From assembly GCA_964528675.1 (NCBI GenBank), contig CAZGTU010000007.1:17353-81352 (forward strand): a stretch of DNA of 64,000 bases, given 5' to 3'. The position numbers and the translations under genes were made by a program. Of the stretch, positions 1 to 9,524 are shown piece by piece. Origin of the DNA: an uncultured Bacteroidaceae bacterium. Its GTDB lineage: Bacteria; Bacteroidota; Bacteroidia; Bacteroidales; GCA-2748055. Under the pieces are notes generated by a model, which ran no database searches, had not been told where the DNA came from, and worked only from the letters and a program-made list of their open reading frames with translations. Positions within the stretch are counted from its first letter, which is position 1. Every line of letters starts with the position of its first letter.

Positions 1-1004
1 GCACATACGTGGTAAATAAAGTGGATGATAAAGTCTTTGTTGGAAAAGATATTCTCCACATAGGGGTTTTCAAAAGAAACGATAAACGGACCATCTATAA
101 TGTCATTTATTATGATGGAAATACCGGCAATACCATGATGAAGAGGGCCCCGGTTACAGGCATTAGCCGGGAGAAGGAATACTGCTTTATCAAAGATCAT
201 AAAAATTCCCGTATACTTTATATGACAGCAAATCCGAATGGGGAAGCAGAAGTGGTGAAGATCTATCTTAAGCCGCGTCCAAGGCTCAAAAATCTCATCC
301 TGGAAGTTGACTTCAGCGAGCTTGATATAAAGGGAAAAGGAGCAATGGGGAATATTGTCACCAAACATGCTGTACATAAAGTTGTTTTGAAGGAAAAGGG
401 AGAATCAACGCTTGGAGGAAGAAAAATATGGTTTGATGAAGATGTGAAACGACTTAATGTAGACGGACGCGGAAAGTTTCTGGGAGAGTTCAGCGGAGAT
501 GATCGTTTACTGGTTGTTACTAAGTCCGGTACTTTCCGAACAACAAATTTTGATCTTGCCAATCATTTTGAGGATGATCTTTTAATGATTGAAAAGTTCA
601 AGGAAAAGAAAATTTTCTCAGTGGCTTATTTCGATGCCGACCAGGATTATTATTATGTAAAACGTTTTAGATTTGAAAATAATGAAAAGCCCCAGAGTTT
701 TATAGGAGATAATCCTAAATCTGAACTGATAAGGATTACTGAGGTTGATTATCCCAGGCTTGAACTTGTTTTCGGAGGAAAGAACGAGTCGAGAGATCCT
801 GAAATTATTGAAGTAGCTGAATTTATTGGGGTTAAAAGTTTCAAGGCAAGGGGTAAACGTTTATCAACTTATGAAGTTTCTGTCATTAAAGAACTGGAAC
901 CTTTGAATGTGTCCGAAGAAGAGGCTAAGGAGGGAAATGATCATGAGGATAATGATGGAGAAAATTCTTCTGACTCGGGCCAAATGTCATTAAACCTGGA
1001 ATGA
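1..1004 (+). CDS. C-terminal part of a type IIA topoisomerase A subunit (ParC/GyrA family, most like Bacteroidota topoisomerase IV subunit A); 5' end lies outside the window
   Basis: The frame of ORF 9..1004 stays open to the window edge (sense codons at 3-8). It has beta-strand-rich repeated blades and an acidic tail (EEEAKEGNDHEDNDGENSS). aroK follows 3 nt later. Family assignment is from remembered resemblance; no GyrA box is visible in this part. Confidence 0.5.
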   Translation, partial: TYVVNKVDDKVFVGKDILHIGVFKRNDKRTIYNVIYYDGNTGNTMMKRAPVTGISREKEYCFIKDHKNSRILYMTANPNGEAEVVKIYLKPRPRLKNLILEVDFSELDIKGKGAMGNIVTKHAVHKVVLKEKGESTLGGRKIWFDEDVKRLNVDGRGKFLGEFSGDDRLLVVTKSGTFRTTNFDLANHFEDDLLMIEKFKEKKIFSVAYFDADQDYYYVKRFRFENNEKPQSFIGDNPKSELIRITEVDYPRLELVFGGKNESRDPEIIEVAEFIGVKSFKARGKRLSTYEVSVIKELEPLNVSEEEAKEGNDHEDNDGENSSDSGQMSLNLE

Positions 1005-1007
1005 TCC

Positions 1008-1538
1008 ATGAAGATATTTCTTATTGGATTCATGGGAAGCGGAAAAACCACTCTGGGTAAAAAGCTTGCCCGGAGGATGGATTACAATTTTATTGACCTC
1101 GATGAATTTATAGAGACCAAAGAATCCAAAAAGATAAAGAAAATCTTTTCTTCCTATGGGGAGGAAAAGTTTAGAGTGATAGAAGCAGAAAACCTGAGAC
1201 TTCTTGAAATCTTAAAAAATGTAGTAATTTCTACCGGAGGAGGGGCTCCTTGTTTTCATCATAATATGGACTGGATGAACAGAAATGGGCTCACAGTTTA
1301 TTTGAAACATGATGTAGAAAGTCTTTTTTATCGCTTAAAACATGCAAAGAAAAAACGCCCCCTGATCAAAGGAATGACAAAAAGCAACTTGTTTAACTAC
1401 ATTCGCGATACTCTTGATTCAAGAGAAGAATATTATAACCAGGCTAAAATTATTCTTGAGGGAAAATCCCTAAAACCCAAAGACCTGGAGGTCAGTATAA
1501 AAGAATATTTAAACTCCACCGGTCATGCGCCGGAATAA
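1008..1538 (+). CDS. aroK: shikimate kinase
   Basis: 176 aa with N-terminal P-loop GFMGSGKTTLGK, followed by FIDLD and STGGG motifs typical of AroK. Confidence 0.9.
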   Translation: MKIFLIGFMGSGKTTLGKKLARRMDYNFIDLDEFIETKESKKIKKIFSSYGEEKFRVIEAENLRLLEILKNVVISTGGGAPCFHHNMDWMNRNGLTVYLKHDVESLFYRLKHAKKKRPLIKGMTKSNLFNYIRDTLDSREEYYNQAKIILEGKSLKPKDLEVSIKEYLNSTGHAPE

Positions 1539-2335
1539 TTGATGTTTCCGGCGCTGTCGGCCTCTCTTTTTTTAAATTCCTTATCCGGATCAAGATGAAG
1601 ATACCTGGACAGGTAATGCGTTCCTATGTAAAAAGGGATTGTATCTACAAGAGCAGATACCATTTTAAATATATAATTGGAAAGTACGAGTATCAGCAAG
1701 GCATGAAAAACAGTTTCTCCGGGAGTTATACTGATTGCTGCCGGAGCGTAATAATAGGTTATGGTTATCACTGCAATTGAATCCACCATCTGACTGGTGA
1801 GGGTTGATCCGTTGTTCCTGAGCCAGAGCATTTTCCCCCTGGTTAGTTTTCTCAGAAAATGAAATACATGTACATCAACAAATTGAGCTGTGAGATAAGC
1901 GATCATGGAAGCCACTGTTGCACCGAAGGTCCATTTTCTTATCTGGAAAAAAGTTCTGGAGGGGTCATCCATTGCGGGTAAGCCATCTTCCAGGAGTACA
2001 GGTTCAGGAGGGAGAACTCCACCAAGCCACAGGATGAACAATACCCATATATTCAAGATTAAACCGGTCCATACCACCATGTTGGCTCTTTTTTTTCCAT
2101 AGAGCTCTGAAATAAAGTCGGTACAGAGGAAAGTGAGAGGATAAGGTAATACACCAATAAAAACGATAAACGGAATCGTTTTCTCACCAATGGAAAATGA
2201 TAGATCAATCTGACGAGAAATACCTAGAATATTTAGAATGGCAAGGGTTCCAAGGAAAAAGCCGGAAAGAAGAATGAACACACGTTCTCTCCGGCGGGCA
2301 ATTTTTTTATCAACCTTATCCCCAAAGTCAAACAT
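1523..2335 (-). CDS. queuosine-precursor transporter family membrane protein (YhhQ/DUF165, VUT family)
   Basis: Polytopic membrane protein with the segment VDVHVFHFLRKLTRGKMLWLRNNGSTLTSQMVDS characteristic of YhhQ-like proteins. ATG at 2335. The 3' end overlaps aroK by 16 nt (convergent). Confidence 0.7.
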   Translation of the reverse strand: MFDFGDKVDKKIARRRERVFILLSGFFLGTLAILNILGISRQIDLSFSIGEKTIPFIVFIGVLPYPLTFLCTDFISELYGKKRANMVVWTGLILNIWVLFILWLGGVLPPEPVLLEDGLPAMDDPSRTFFQIRKWTFGATVASMIAYLTAQFVDVHVFHFLRKLTRGKMLWLRNNGSTLTSQMVDSIAVITITYYYAPAAISITPGETVFHALLILVLSNYIFKMVSALVDTIPFYIGTHYLSRYLHLDPDKEFKKREADSAGNINYSGA

Positions 2336-2555
2336 AGATACTGAATATTCATTAAAAATAGAAAATATCCGGGATAAAGGCGCGATCCATCAGGTGAATG
2401 CAGGATATTTTTTCATTACTGCCAGGGAAACATAAGAATTTATAAATTGTTCAAAATTCGATGAAGGGCTAACTTTTCTGATTAGCTTTAATAATGATAA
2501 GCAGAGGTAGAGTAGAATTGAATTTACTGAGGGAATTCATGAATTTTCTTTAAAA

Positions 2556-3773
2556 TTATGCTTTCTGTAACTCCAGTACTTTCTCCCCGAATTCTTTTCC
2601 GAATGCAATGAATTTTCCCGCTTTATCATTATGGGGGTAAAATTTTTCTGCCAGGCCGTCAAGTGCAATTTTGAACTTAAGATTTGAGAGATGATCCTGC
2701 ACGAGTTTCACTGCCTCACCGCTCCAGCCATAAGAACCAAAAGCAGAAGCCAGTTTTCCCTTATCACGAATAGGGTTTACAACTGAGAAAAGTTTGTAGA
2801 CAGGGAACAGGGTGTTTTGATTGATGGTAGGCGAACCGATAATCAGTGCGTCTGCCTGAACAAGTTTGGACTCCATATCTCCAAGCGACATGGTTTCAAT
2901 ATCGATAAGCTCAACCTCAATTTCCCCTGCACTGCTAAGTCCTTTCATAATATTTTGAGCCATTTCGGCTGTGTATCCATAAGCAGAAATATAGGCAATC
3001 AAAACCCTGTTTTTCAGAGATTTTGTTTTTTTAAGATATTCTGATGCCAGTTTTTCAGAAAGATCCACATATTTTTTCCAGTTAGAACGCAATATTGGGC
3101 CATGACCGGGACAAATTGCATTGATCTCCAGTGGCTTGATCTTGTCAATGGCTTTTAACATGAACTTGCTGAAGGGCCTTAGTATTACATCAAAATAGTA
3201 TTTAAATGCTTCATCATAATCTCCAACTTCATCATCAAACATTTTCTCATCACAGAAATGGGCGCCAAAAGAATCGCATGTAAATAAGAGTTTGTCCTCT
3301 TCAAGATAGGAGTATATTGAGTCGGGCCAGTGCAGATTCGGAGCTCCAATAATCCTTAGTGTTTTGTTTCCGAGATCGATTACATCCCCATCCTTTACTT
3401 TTTGCGATTTAAAATCTATATCGGTAATATCAGAGAGGTATTTTATTGCCTGTCCGCTACCCACAACAACAGCATTGGGAGCAAGCTCGAGCAAAGCTTT
3501 AAGGTTGCCGGAATGATCAGGTTCTGTATGATTGAGTACGATATATTCAATCTCCTCCGGATTACAGACCTTTTTAACTTTTTCTAAATATGTGTCCCTG
3601 AATTTCGCTTTGCTGGTATCAATTATGGTCTTTTTATCAGCATTGATGAAATATGAATTATAAGTGGTTCCGTACTCTGTTTCCATCACTATATCAAAGG
3701 TAACAATATCATAGTCGAGTATGCCTATCCAGGTTACATCTTCACTGACTTTTAAAATTTTATCATCTTTCAT
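2556..3773 (-). CDS. FprA-family flavodiiron protein (metallo-beta-lactamase-like diiron domain plus C-terminal flavodoxin domain)
   Basis: Diiron ligand motif LNHTEPDHSGN and a C-terminal flavodoxin-like segment (VLIAYISAYGYTAEMA...IIGSPTIN). Start is moved from 3875 to the ATG at 3773 (MKDDKILKV) because a TATTTTTG -7 box sits at 3798-3805 inside the longer ORF. Confidence 0.85.
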   Translation of the reverse strand: MKDDKILKVSEDVTWIGILDYDIVTFDIVMETEYGTTYNSYFINADKKTIIDTSKAKFRDTYLEKVKKVCNPEEIEYIVLNHTEPDHSGNLKALLELAPNAVVVGSGQAIKYLSDITDIDFKSQKVKDGDVIDLGNKTLRIIGAPNLHWPDSIYSYLEEDKLLFTCDSFGAHFCDEKMFDDEVGDYDEAFKYYFDVILRPFSKFMLKAIDKIKPLEINAICPGHGPILRSNWKKYVDLSEKLASEYLKKTKSLKNRVLIAYISAYGYTAEMAQNIMKGLSSAGEIEVELIDIETMSLGDMESKLVQADALIIGSPTINQNTLFPVYKLFSVVNPIRDKGKLASAFGSYGWSGEAVKLVQDHLSNLKFKIALDGLAEKFYPHNDKAGKFIAFGKEFGEKVLELQKA

Positions 3774-3797
3774 CTTTACTGAATTTAAGGTGAATTG

Positions 3798-3805
3798 CAA
3801 AAATA
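3798..3805 (-). promoter_or_regulatory. Bacteroidota-type -7 promoter box TATTTTTG (TAnnTTTG) upstream of the flavodiiron gene
   Basis: Plus strand reads caaaaata at 3798-3805, 25 nt upstream of the ATG at 3773. This 8-mer class is expected by chance tens of times in an AT-rich 64-kb window, so position is the only support. Confidence 0.4.
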
Positions 3806-3889
3806 TGAATAATCGAGGATAAAACAACAAAAAACCGCCCTCCCAAAAGGAAGACGGTTTTCTTAACAAACGCATTAATCATTACTTAT

Positions 3890-4138
3890 TTACCCTTTAT
3901 CTCCGCAAGATTTTGATTTTTTTGAACTGCAATCGGATTTCTTTTCTTTTGTCTGGCAGTCTGCGCTTTTCTGCTTATCTTTTTTAGCTTTCTTAGCATC
4001 CTTATCTTTTTCAGCGGTTTTTGGCTTTTCTTCATCTACATTGACCACAACGGGGCTGTTTACATCTGCTGAATAAACAGGTACAGAAACTGCTAGAAAA
4101 AATACAACGACTGTTAAAATTGATAATAATTTTTTCAT
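3890..4138 (-). CDS. small secreted lysine-rich protein with C-terminal Cys triad (hypothetical)
   Basis: 82 aa. Has a signal peptide (MKKLLSILTVVVFFLAVSVPVYSA), then a K/D/E-rich low-complexity region ending in SADCQTKEKKSDCSSKKSKSCGDKG. Confidence 0.45.
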   Translation of the reverse strand: MKKLLSILTVVVFFLAVSVPVYSADVNSPVVVNVDEEKPKTAEKDKDAKKAKKDKQKSADCQTKEKKSDCSSKKSKSCGDKG

Positions 4139-4223
4139 GACTTAGGTTTTTTAAATTTGAATTGATTCAAAGATAAAGAGTGGAAGAACTAAGCCATGTT
4201 AACCGGCTGTTAAAAAAAGGAAT

Positions 4224-4895
4224 TTAATGCTTTTTTAACAAAGCGACGGGGGTTATTATTCCTTTAACTTTATCTCCCGCCTTAACCGTTGGCTCTGCAC
4301 TCAAGGGAAGGTAAATATCTACACGGGATCCGAATCTTATAAAACCCATTTCGTCTCCCGTTTGAACCTTCTCTCCGACCTTTGAGTAGTACCTGATACG
4401 CCGGGCAACAAAACCGGCAATTTGCCTGATCATTATCTCTGTTTTACCAGGGGTTTCTATCACTGTGGTATTTCTTTCATTCAATTCTGAAGATTTAGGA
4501 TTCCATGCTACCAGGTATTTTCCGGGATGATATTTATAATATTTCACTTTCGATGAAACAGGAAACCAGTTTATATGTACATCCCAGACCGACATAAAAA
4601 CTGAGATCATAAGCTTTTTTTCCTGAAAATATTCATCTTCGAAAACCTCTTCAACGGCAACAACCTTACCATCGGCTGAAGAAAAAACCAGGTCTTCCCG
4701 GATTTCCGGATTTCTTTCAGGTTTCCTGAAAAAACGAAATACAAAAATGAGAAATAACAAAGAGACAAGATTAAAAATATAAGTAAGGACGGGAGGTTCG
4801 AGAAAGAGATATAGTATATAATTTAAAACAATCAGAAAAACTGCAAAAATTGCAATTATTCTAATACCTTCTTTATGTATTCTTATTTTCATCAA
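4224..4895 (-). CDS. psd: phosphatidylserine decarboxylase proenzyme
   Basis: N-terminal TM segments and a C-terminal FIRFGSRVDIYLP motif (G-S self-cleavage site region). Sits directly downstream of cdsA on the same strand. Confidence 0.85.
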   Translation of the reverse strand: MMKIRIHKEGIRIIAIFAVFLIVLNYILYLFLEPPVLTYIFNLVSLLFLIFVFRFFRKPERNPEIREDLVFSSADGKVVAVEEVFEDEYFQEKKLMISVFMSVWDVHINWFPVSSKVKYYKYHPGKYLVAWNPKSSELNERNTTVIETPGKTEIMIRQIAGFVARRIRYYSKVGEKVQTGDEMGFIRFGSRVDIYLPLSAEPTVKAGDKVKGIITPVALLKKH

Positions 4896-4904
4896 TGTTT
4901 AAAT

Positions 4905-5717
4905 TTAATAAACCACAAGGTAAAGATACATGAATACAAAAGGAACCGAAAAGAAAAATGAATCAAACCGGTCAAGAGTACCTCCATGACCCGGCATGAG
5001 ATAACCGGAATCCTTAACTTCTACATTTCTTTTAAGAGCCGATTCAACAAAATCACCAAGTGTTCCTGTTACCGATATTAAAATGGCAAGGACAATCCAG
5101 TGTATGATCTCAATTATGTTGAAATAATTAGACATAAATATCGATCCGCCAACTGCAAATATAAGACCTCCAATTGCTCCCTCCCATGTTTTTTTTGGTG
5201 AAACTGAAGGTAACATTCTGTTTTTCCCCAGTTTTGAACCTGTAATATACGCAAAGCTATCAAAGAGCCATATCAATATGAATATACCAAGTGGAAGTTC
5301 AAAATGATAATTAGTTGTATGAAAAGCTAAAAAGGGAATAAGGGATAAGGGTACACTTATGTAAAAAATTCCTAAGATTGTAGGACCCCAGGACCTGAAA
5401 ACTGTTGAAGATTTGTAAAACAATGGAATTACTGCCAGTGCGGGAATGATTAGAATGCTTAAGAGAAGAAATTTTAGTTGCATTATGGATGAGGCCGCCA
5501 GGTAAGCTAGGGTATAAATAAAAACTCCCGAAAGAATTCCCGGGAGTTTATAAGGTAAAAATTTACTTTTATATGAAAGATTATAAAACTCGATTAAAGC
5601 AAGCACATTGATAAGCAAAAAAAGCAGAAACATTCCTGTTTCATGGACAATTAAAAGTCCGGCTATAACAAGAACGAAAATAATTCCACTTATTGATCTT
5701 ATGAGCAGGTTTTTCAA
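4905..5717 (-). CDS. cdsA: phosphatidate cytidylyltransferase (CDP-diglyceride synthase)
   Basis: Polytopic membrane protein with SPKKTWEGAIGG and GHGGTLDRFDS signature segments. Confidence 0.85.
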   Translation of the reverse strand: MKNLLIRSISGIIFVLVIAGLLIVHETGMFLLFLLINVLALIEFYNLSYKSKFLPYKLPGILSGVFIYTLAYLAASSIMQLKFLLLSILIIPALAVIPLFYKSSTVFRSWGPTILGIFYISVPLSLIPFLAFHTTNYHFELPLGIFILIWLFDSFAYITGSKLGKNRMLPSVSPKKTWEGAIGGLIFAVGGSIFMSNYFNIIEIIHWIVLAILISVTGTLGDFVESALKRNVEVKDSGYLMPGHGGTLDRFDSFFFSVPFVFMYLYLVVY

Positions 5718-5917
5718 CTTTTAAATTTACTTATTAATCGCTTGGCTCTTATTGCATCATCTTTATCAACATACAATTCAATTTCTCCGAAGTGATAACT
5801 TGAGTCCTGTTTGTTGATGGAAAATGAAATTATATCATGGTCTGCCAGATACTTCTTAAGCAATTCAATTTCATAAGCCTTATTACTTGTATAAACAACT
5901 AATTTATCATCGATCAT
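5714..5917 (-). CDS. small DUF2007-like (putative signal-transducing) protein
   Basis: 67 aa soluble protein. Its stop overlaps the cdsA start by 4 nt. The pattern VVYTSNKAYEIELLKKYL...IELYV resembles DUF2007. Confidence 0.45.
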   Translation of the reverse strand: MIDDKLVVYTSNKAYEIELLKKYLADHDIISFSINKQDSSYHFGEIELYVDKDDAIRAKRLISKFKS

Positions 5918-5940
5918 TTTTGGAGAATTGAGAATAGGGT

Positions 5941-8082
5941 TTATGATTTTTCTTCAGGATTTTTGGCTTTTTCTTTCTTATCGCTACTTTTTCTTTTAGT
6001 TTCACCATTCCCTGCTTCACCCTTTTTGTTTCTGTTTGTATCGTTTCCCCCGGTTGTTGCTTTGGCATCAGCGGGTTTTTTTCTAATGGTTCGCTTATTG
6101 GGCGATTTTTGAACGTCCTTTTCCCCTGTTTTCGCTTTCTGCGGACCAAAGATTTTTTCAAGATCTTCGCTGAAAATCACCTCCTTATCCAGTAATTTTT
6201 CAGCGAGTTCTTTAAGCCCTTTACTGTTATCTTTCAAGATCTTTTTTGCTCTCTCATATTGTGATTCTACAAGGGCCCTGATTTCCCCATCAATCCTTTC
6301 AGCAGTTTTTTCGGAATAGGGTTTGGTAAATGAATATTCATTTTGTCCTGAGGAATCATAAAAGCTCAAATTTCCTATTTCTTTGCTCATCCCGAAATAG
6401 GAGATCATAGCAAATGCTTGTTTTGTTACTCTTTCAAGATCATTGAGCGCCCCTGTTGAAACTTTACCGAAGTTAATTTCTTCCGAAGCCCTACCCCCGA
6501 GTGCGGAGCACATTTCATCAAGCATTTGTTCTGTTGTGGTGATTTGTCTTTCCTCAGGCAGGTACCATGCTGCTCCCAGGGCTCGACCTCTGGGAATGAT
6601 TGTGACTTTTACCAGCGGATTTGCATAGGGGAGAAGCCAGCTTATGGTAGCATGACCTGCTTCGTGATAGGCAATTGTTCTTTTCTCCATTTCGGAGATG
6701 ATCTTATTCTTTTTCTCAAGTCCTCCAATGATCCTGTCAATTGCATCCAGAAAGTCCTGTTTTGCAATCTTCTTTTTATTACCTCTTGCTGCTATCAGTG
6801 CTGATTCATTACATACATTTGCAATATCAGCTCCCGAAAAACCCGGTGTTTGTTTGGCAAGAAATTCAATATCTATATTCTTATCCACTTTTAAAGGGCG
6901 CATATGGACCTTGAAAATTTCTTTTCTTTCGTTCAGGTCAGGTAATTCAACACTGATCTGCCTGTCGAAACGACCTGCCCTGAGAAGAGCTCTGTCAAGA
7001 ACGTCGGCACGGTTCGTTGCAGCGAGAATAATCACTCCGCTATTGGTTCCGAAACCATCCATTTCAGTCAGGAGCTGATTAAGGGTATTTTCTCTTTCAT
7101 CATTTGCACCCATACTCGGGTTACGGCCACGTGCTCTTCCCACTGCATCAATCTCATCGATAAAAACAATACAGGGAGCCTTTTCTTTTGCCTGTTTGAA
7201 CAGGTCACGTACCCTGGATGCTCCCACTCCGACAAACATTTCTACGAAATCTGAACCCGAAATCGAAAAGAAAGGTACATTGGCTTCACCGGCAACGGCT
7301 TTTGCCAGGAGTGTTTTTCCTGTCCCCGGAGGTCCTACGAGAAGAGCCCCTTTAGGGATTTTGCCTCCAAGTTCAGTGTATTTTTTTGGATTCTTAAGAA
7401 AATCCACTATTTCCTTGATCTCAATTTTGGCTTCCTCGAGCCCGGCCACATCCTTGAAATCTATTTTTACGTGGGTATTCTTGTCGAAAATCTGTGCTTT
7501 GGATTTTCCTACACTGAAAATGTTTCCTGCTCCACCTGCAGCTCCACCACTCATTCTTTTGAAAATAAAGAGCCAGATTACAACCAGAAGGATGATCGGG
7601 ATAACCCAGCTAAGGATATCAGCAAAATAATTATTCCTGGTGACAGTTGTAAATTCAGGGAAATTCTCCGATCCGAGTTCCTTCTCAAGATCATATCTCC
7701 ATTTACTGAATTCATCGGGGGAGAGAAAGTTATAGACAAAATCGGGATTTGACTGAGATAAATTCCCAAAACCTGTATCTCCTCCTCCATCCTGGGGTGC
7801 ATCGGTTTGCGACTTGAGATAGATCTCAGCAAATTCTCTATTCACCACAACAATCTTGGAAACTTCTCCCTCTCTTATCATTTTTTCGAGTCTTAACTGC
7901 CCTACTTCATCAACAGAACTTCCAAAATTGAAAAACTGCAAACTTAAAAAAGCTACAGCGATTAATATATAGATCCAGTAACCGCCGAGTTTCGGCTTCT
8001 GAGGCCCCTCTGGCTTTTTATCATTACCTGAATCTGAGTTTGTATTTCTGTTTCTATTCTCGTTCATTTTTATTTTTTTCAT
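5941..8082 (-). CDS. ftsH: ATP-dependent zinc metalloprotease FtsH
   Basis: Walker [14 protein letters not shown], Walker [12 protein letters not shown] region, zinc site HEAGHA. The ATG at 8082 forms an ATGA overlap with the rsfS stop (8079-8081); an alternative ATG lies at 8067. The longest ORF start (8118) lies inside rsfS. Confidence 0.95.
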   Translation of the reverse strand: MKKIKMNENRNRNTNSDSGNDKKPEGPQKPKLGGYWIYILIAVAFLSLQFFNFGSSVDEVGQLRLEKMIREGEVSKIVVVNREFAEIYLKSQTDAPQDGGGDTGFGNLSQSNPDFVYNFLSPDEFSKWRYDLEKELGSENFPEFTTVTRNNYFADILSWVIPIILLVVIWLFIFKRMSGGAAGGAGNIFSVGKSKAQIFDKNTHVKIDFKDVAGLEEAKIEIKEIVDFLKNPKKYTELGGKIPKGALLVGPPGTGKTLLAKAVAGEANVPFFSISGSDFVEMFVGVGASRVRDLFKQAKEKAPCIVFIDEIDAVGRARGRNPSMGANDERENTLNQLLTEMDGFGTNSGVIILAATNRADVLDRALLRAGRFDRQISVELPDLNERKEIFKVHMRPLKVDKNIDIEFLAKQTPGFSGADIANVCNESALIAARGNKKKIAKQDFLDAIDRIIGGLEKKNKIISEMEKRTIAYHEAGHATISWLLPYANPLVKVTIIPRGRALGAAWYLPEERQITTTEQMLDEMCSALGGRASEEINFGKVSTGALNDLERVTKQAFAMISYFGMSKEIGNLSFYDSSGQNEYSFTKPYSEKTAERIDGEIRALVESQYERAKKILKDNSKGLKELAEKLLDKEVIFSEDLEKIFGPQKAKTGEKDVQKSPNKRTIRKKPADAKATTGGNDTNRNKKGEAGNGETKRKSSDKKEKAKNPEEKS

Positions 8083-8456
8083 AAATCTTCGTGCTCTGTC
8101 AAAATACCATCTGCCCATAATTCTTCAAGATGATAAAACCTGCGATATTCGTCTAAAAATATATGTACAACAATCTGCAAATAATCTATCAAAATCCAGT
8201 GGCTGTTTGAAATTCCTTCCACATGATCGGCAGACTGGTTCGCCTCTTCTTTAGTTTTTTTTCTGATTTCTTCTGCAATAGCAGAAACCTGGGTAGTGGA
8301 ATCAGCATGGCAAATAACAAAATAATCGCAAACAGAATTATCTATCTTTCTAAGATCAATACTAACAATTTCCTTGCCTTTTTTGTTTTTAATGGATTCT
8401 ATTATAACATCGAGCAATAATTCTTCTGTTTCTTCTGTCTTTTTTTTCATTCGCAA
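8079..8456 (-). CDS. rsfS: ribosome silencing factor RsfS
   Basis: 125 aa with the segments DYFVICHADSTTQVSAIAEEI and WILIDYLQIVVHIF typical of RsfS/iojap. Translationally coupled to ftsH. Confidence 0.8.
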   Translation of the reverse strand: MRMKKKTEETEELLLDVIIESIKNKKGKEIVSIDLRKIDNSVCDYFVICHADSTTQVSAIAEEIRKKTKEEANQSADHVEGISNSHWILIDYLQIVVHIFLDEYRRFYHLEELWADGILTEHEDL

Positions 8457-8461
8457 GCACT

Positions 8462-8469
8462 TATCTTTG
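8462..8469 (+). promoter_or_regulatory. possible divergent -7 box TATCTTTG on the plus strand
   Basis: tatctttg at 8462-8469, back to back with the rsfS box. It would start a plus-strand transcript about 310 nt upstream of birA. Motif match only. Confidence 0.25.
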
Positions 8470-8473
8470 GGTG

Positions 8474-8481
8474 CAAAGGTA
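8474..8481 (-). promoter_or_regulatory. -7 box TACCTTTG upstream of rsfS-ftsH
   Basis: Plus strand caaaggta at 8474-8481, 18 nt upstream of the rsfS ATG (8456). Confidence 0.4.
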
Positions 8482-8783
8482 ATTAAATTCAGTATATTGT
8501 CTTCACCAAAACATTAAAATACGAGATTTATTTCAGTTCTTGATATAAAAATAAAAGATAAATTAGCTATGACAAAAGGGGTAGCTATTCTGACAGATTG
8601 ACGGGTGTATAACCAGATAAAATTGTTTAAGATTTGTCTCAAACAATGGGATAAAGCAAAACGTTTAGCTTTGTGGCGACCAGGAGTAAGAAAGTGAATT
8701 TTCAATGTATCTAAAAAACGGGTATTTTTATTTTAAGACTTTTTCTTCGCAATGGTTATCCTATAATACTTAATAAATGGGTA

Positions 8784-9524
8784 ATGAATAAAAATTCTTT
8801 AAAATTTATTAAACTTGATGAAGTTGATTCAACAAATGATTATGCTTCCCGGAGATTATCGCAGTTGAATCTACCTATTTGTGTTACAGCCGATTATCAA
8901 ACATCCGGGAGGGGACAGGGAAAAAATAGCTGGCATAGTGAAAAAGCCGAAAACCTGCTTTTTTCCTATGCCTTTAGCCCTGAAGACCTGACGCCCGGCG
9001 CTAGTTTTTATGTCTCAAGAATAGCATCTCTGGCTCTTAAAGATTTCTATTCAGAATATTTTCAAGGGGTGAAAATCAAATGGCCTAATGATATTTTATA
9101 TGAAAATAAAAAACTCGCCGGTATTTTAATTGAAAATAGATTTTACGGTGACTGTATTGATAAGAGCGTTATAGGTATGGGATTAAATATAAATCAGGAG
9201 GAATTTCCGGTTTTTTCGCCGGCAGCGGGAAGCATAAGGTCATTAACAGGGAAAACACTGGATCTCAGCAAGGCGCTTCCCCGGGTTCTTGAAAAACTGG
9301 AATACTGGATCGATATCCTTAACCATCATGATTTTGCTCTCATCGTGAAGGAATACAACCGGCATTTGTTCCGCTTGATGGAAAATGCTGTTTATAAATC
9401 CGGAGATGAACTCTTTGAAGCCAGATTATACGGTGTTGAAGATGACGGGCGTTTGATCCTATTAAAACCTTCAGGTCAAATCCTTAAATATACCTTTAAG
9501 GAAGTGGAGTTTATTTTCTCATAG
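8784..9524 (+). CDS. birA: biotin--[acetyl-CoA-carboxylase] ligase (no N-terminal DNA-binding domain)
   Basis: 246 aa with the GRGQGKNSWHS motif (GRGRxGRxW class) and KWPNDI. Confidence 0.8.
   Translation: MNKNSLKFIKLDEVDSTNDYASRRLSQLNLPICVTADYQTSGRGQGKNSWHSEKAENLLFSYAFSPEDLTPGASFYVSRIASLALKDFYSEYFQGVKIKWPNDILYENKKLAGILIENRFYGDCIDKSVIGMGLNINQEEFPVFSPAAGSIRSLTGKTLDLSKALPRVLEKLEYWIDILNHHDFALIVKEYNRHLFRLMENAVYKSGDELFEARLYGVEDDGRLILLKPSGQILKYTFKEVEFIFS

Noticed and set aside
2336-2440. Possible preQ1 riboswitch upstream of the YhhQ-like queuosine-precursor transporter
   Set aside because: I could not find the small hairpin plus A-rich tail with the conserved CCC...AAAAAACUA-type layout on the minus strand. 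The only feature is a weak GGAT...ATCC stem. An Infernal scan would be decisive.
2556-3875. Longest-ORF N-terminal extension of the flavodiiron protein (34 extra aa). Similar extensions occur at 8118 (ftsH), 16345, 19109, 40985, 55237, 56080 and 58223.
   Set aside because: The extensions begin at non-ATG codons or run through TAnnTTTG boxes or the upstream gene. Internal ATGs give canonical N-termini (signal peptides, Tat leader, DxDGT motif).
5907-6161. 84-aa basic ORF overlapping the ftsH 3' end in another frame
   Set aside because: It lies entirely inside the Lys/Glu-rich low-complexity tail region of ftsH. This is a frame-shadow ORF typical of biased sequence.
6443-7832. Multiple antisense or alternate-frame ORFs inside ftsH (for example 6698-7078, 7196-7630). 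Likewise inside lon (22673-24296), asnB-like (33304-33726), actD/E (45630-46022), ctaB (50276-50758), SCO (54689-55165) and cysE (56690-57148).
   Set aside because: All are embedded in strongly supported CDS on the opposite strand or in another frame. Their products are low-complexity or Ser/Pro/Arg-rich with no motifs.
8514-8705. 63-aa ORF in the rsfS-birA spacer
   Set aside because: It has no signal or motif, an odd composition and no promoter box. The region is treated as noncoding (see finding).
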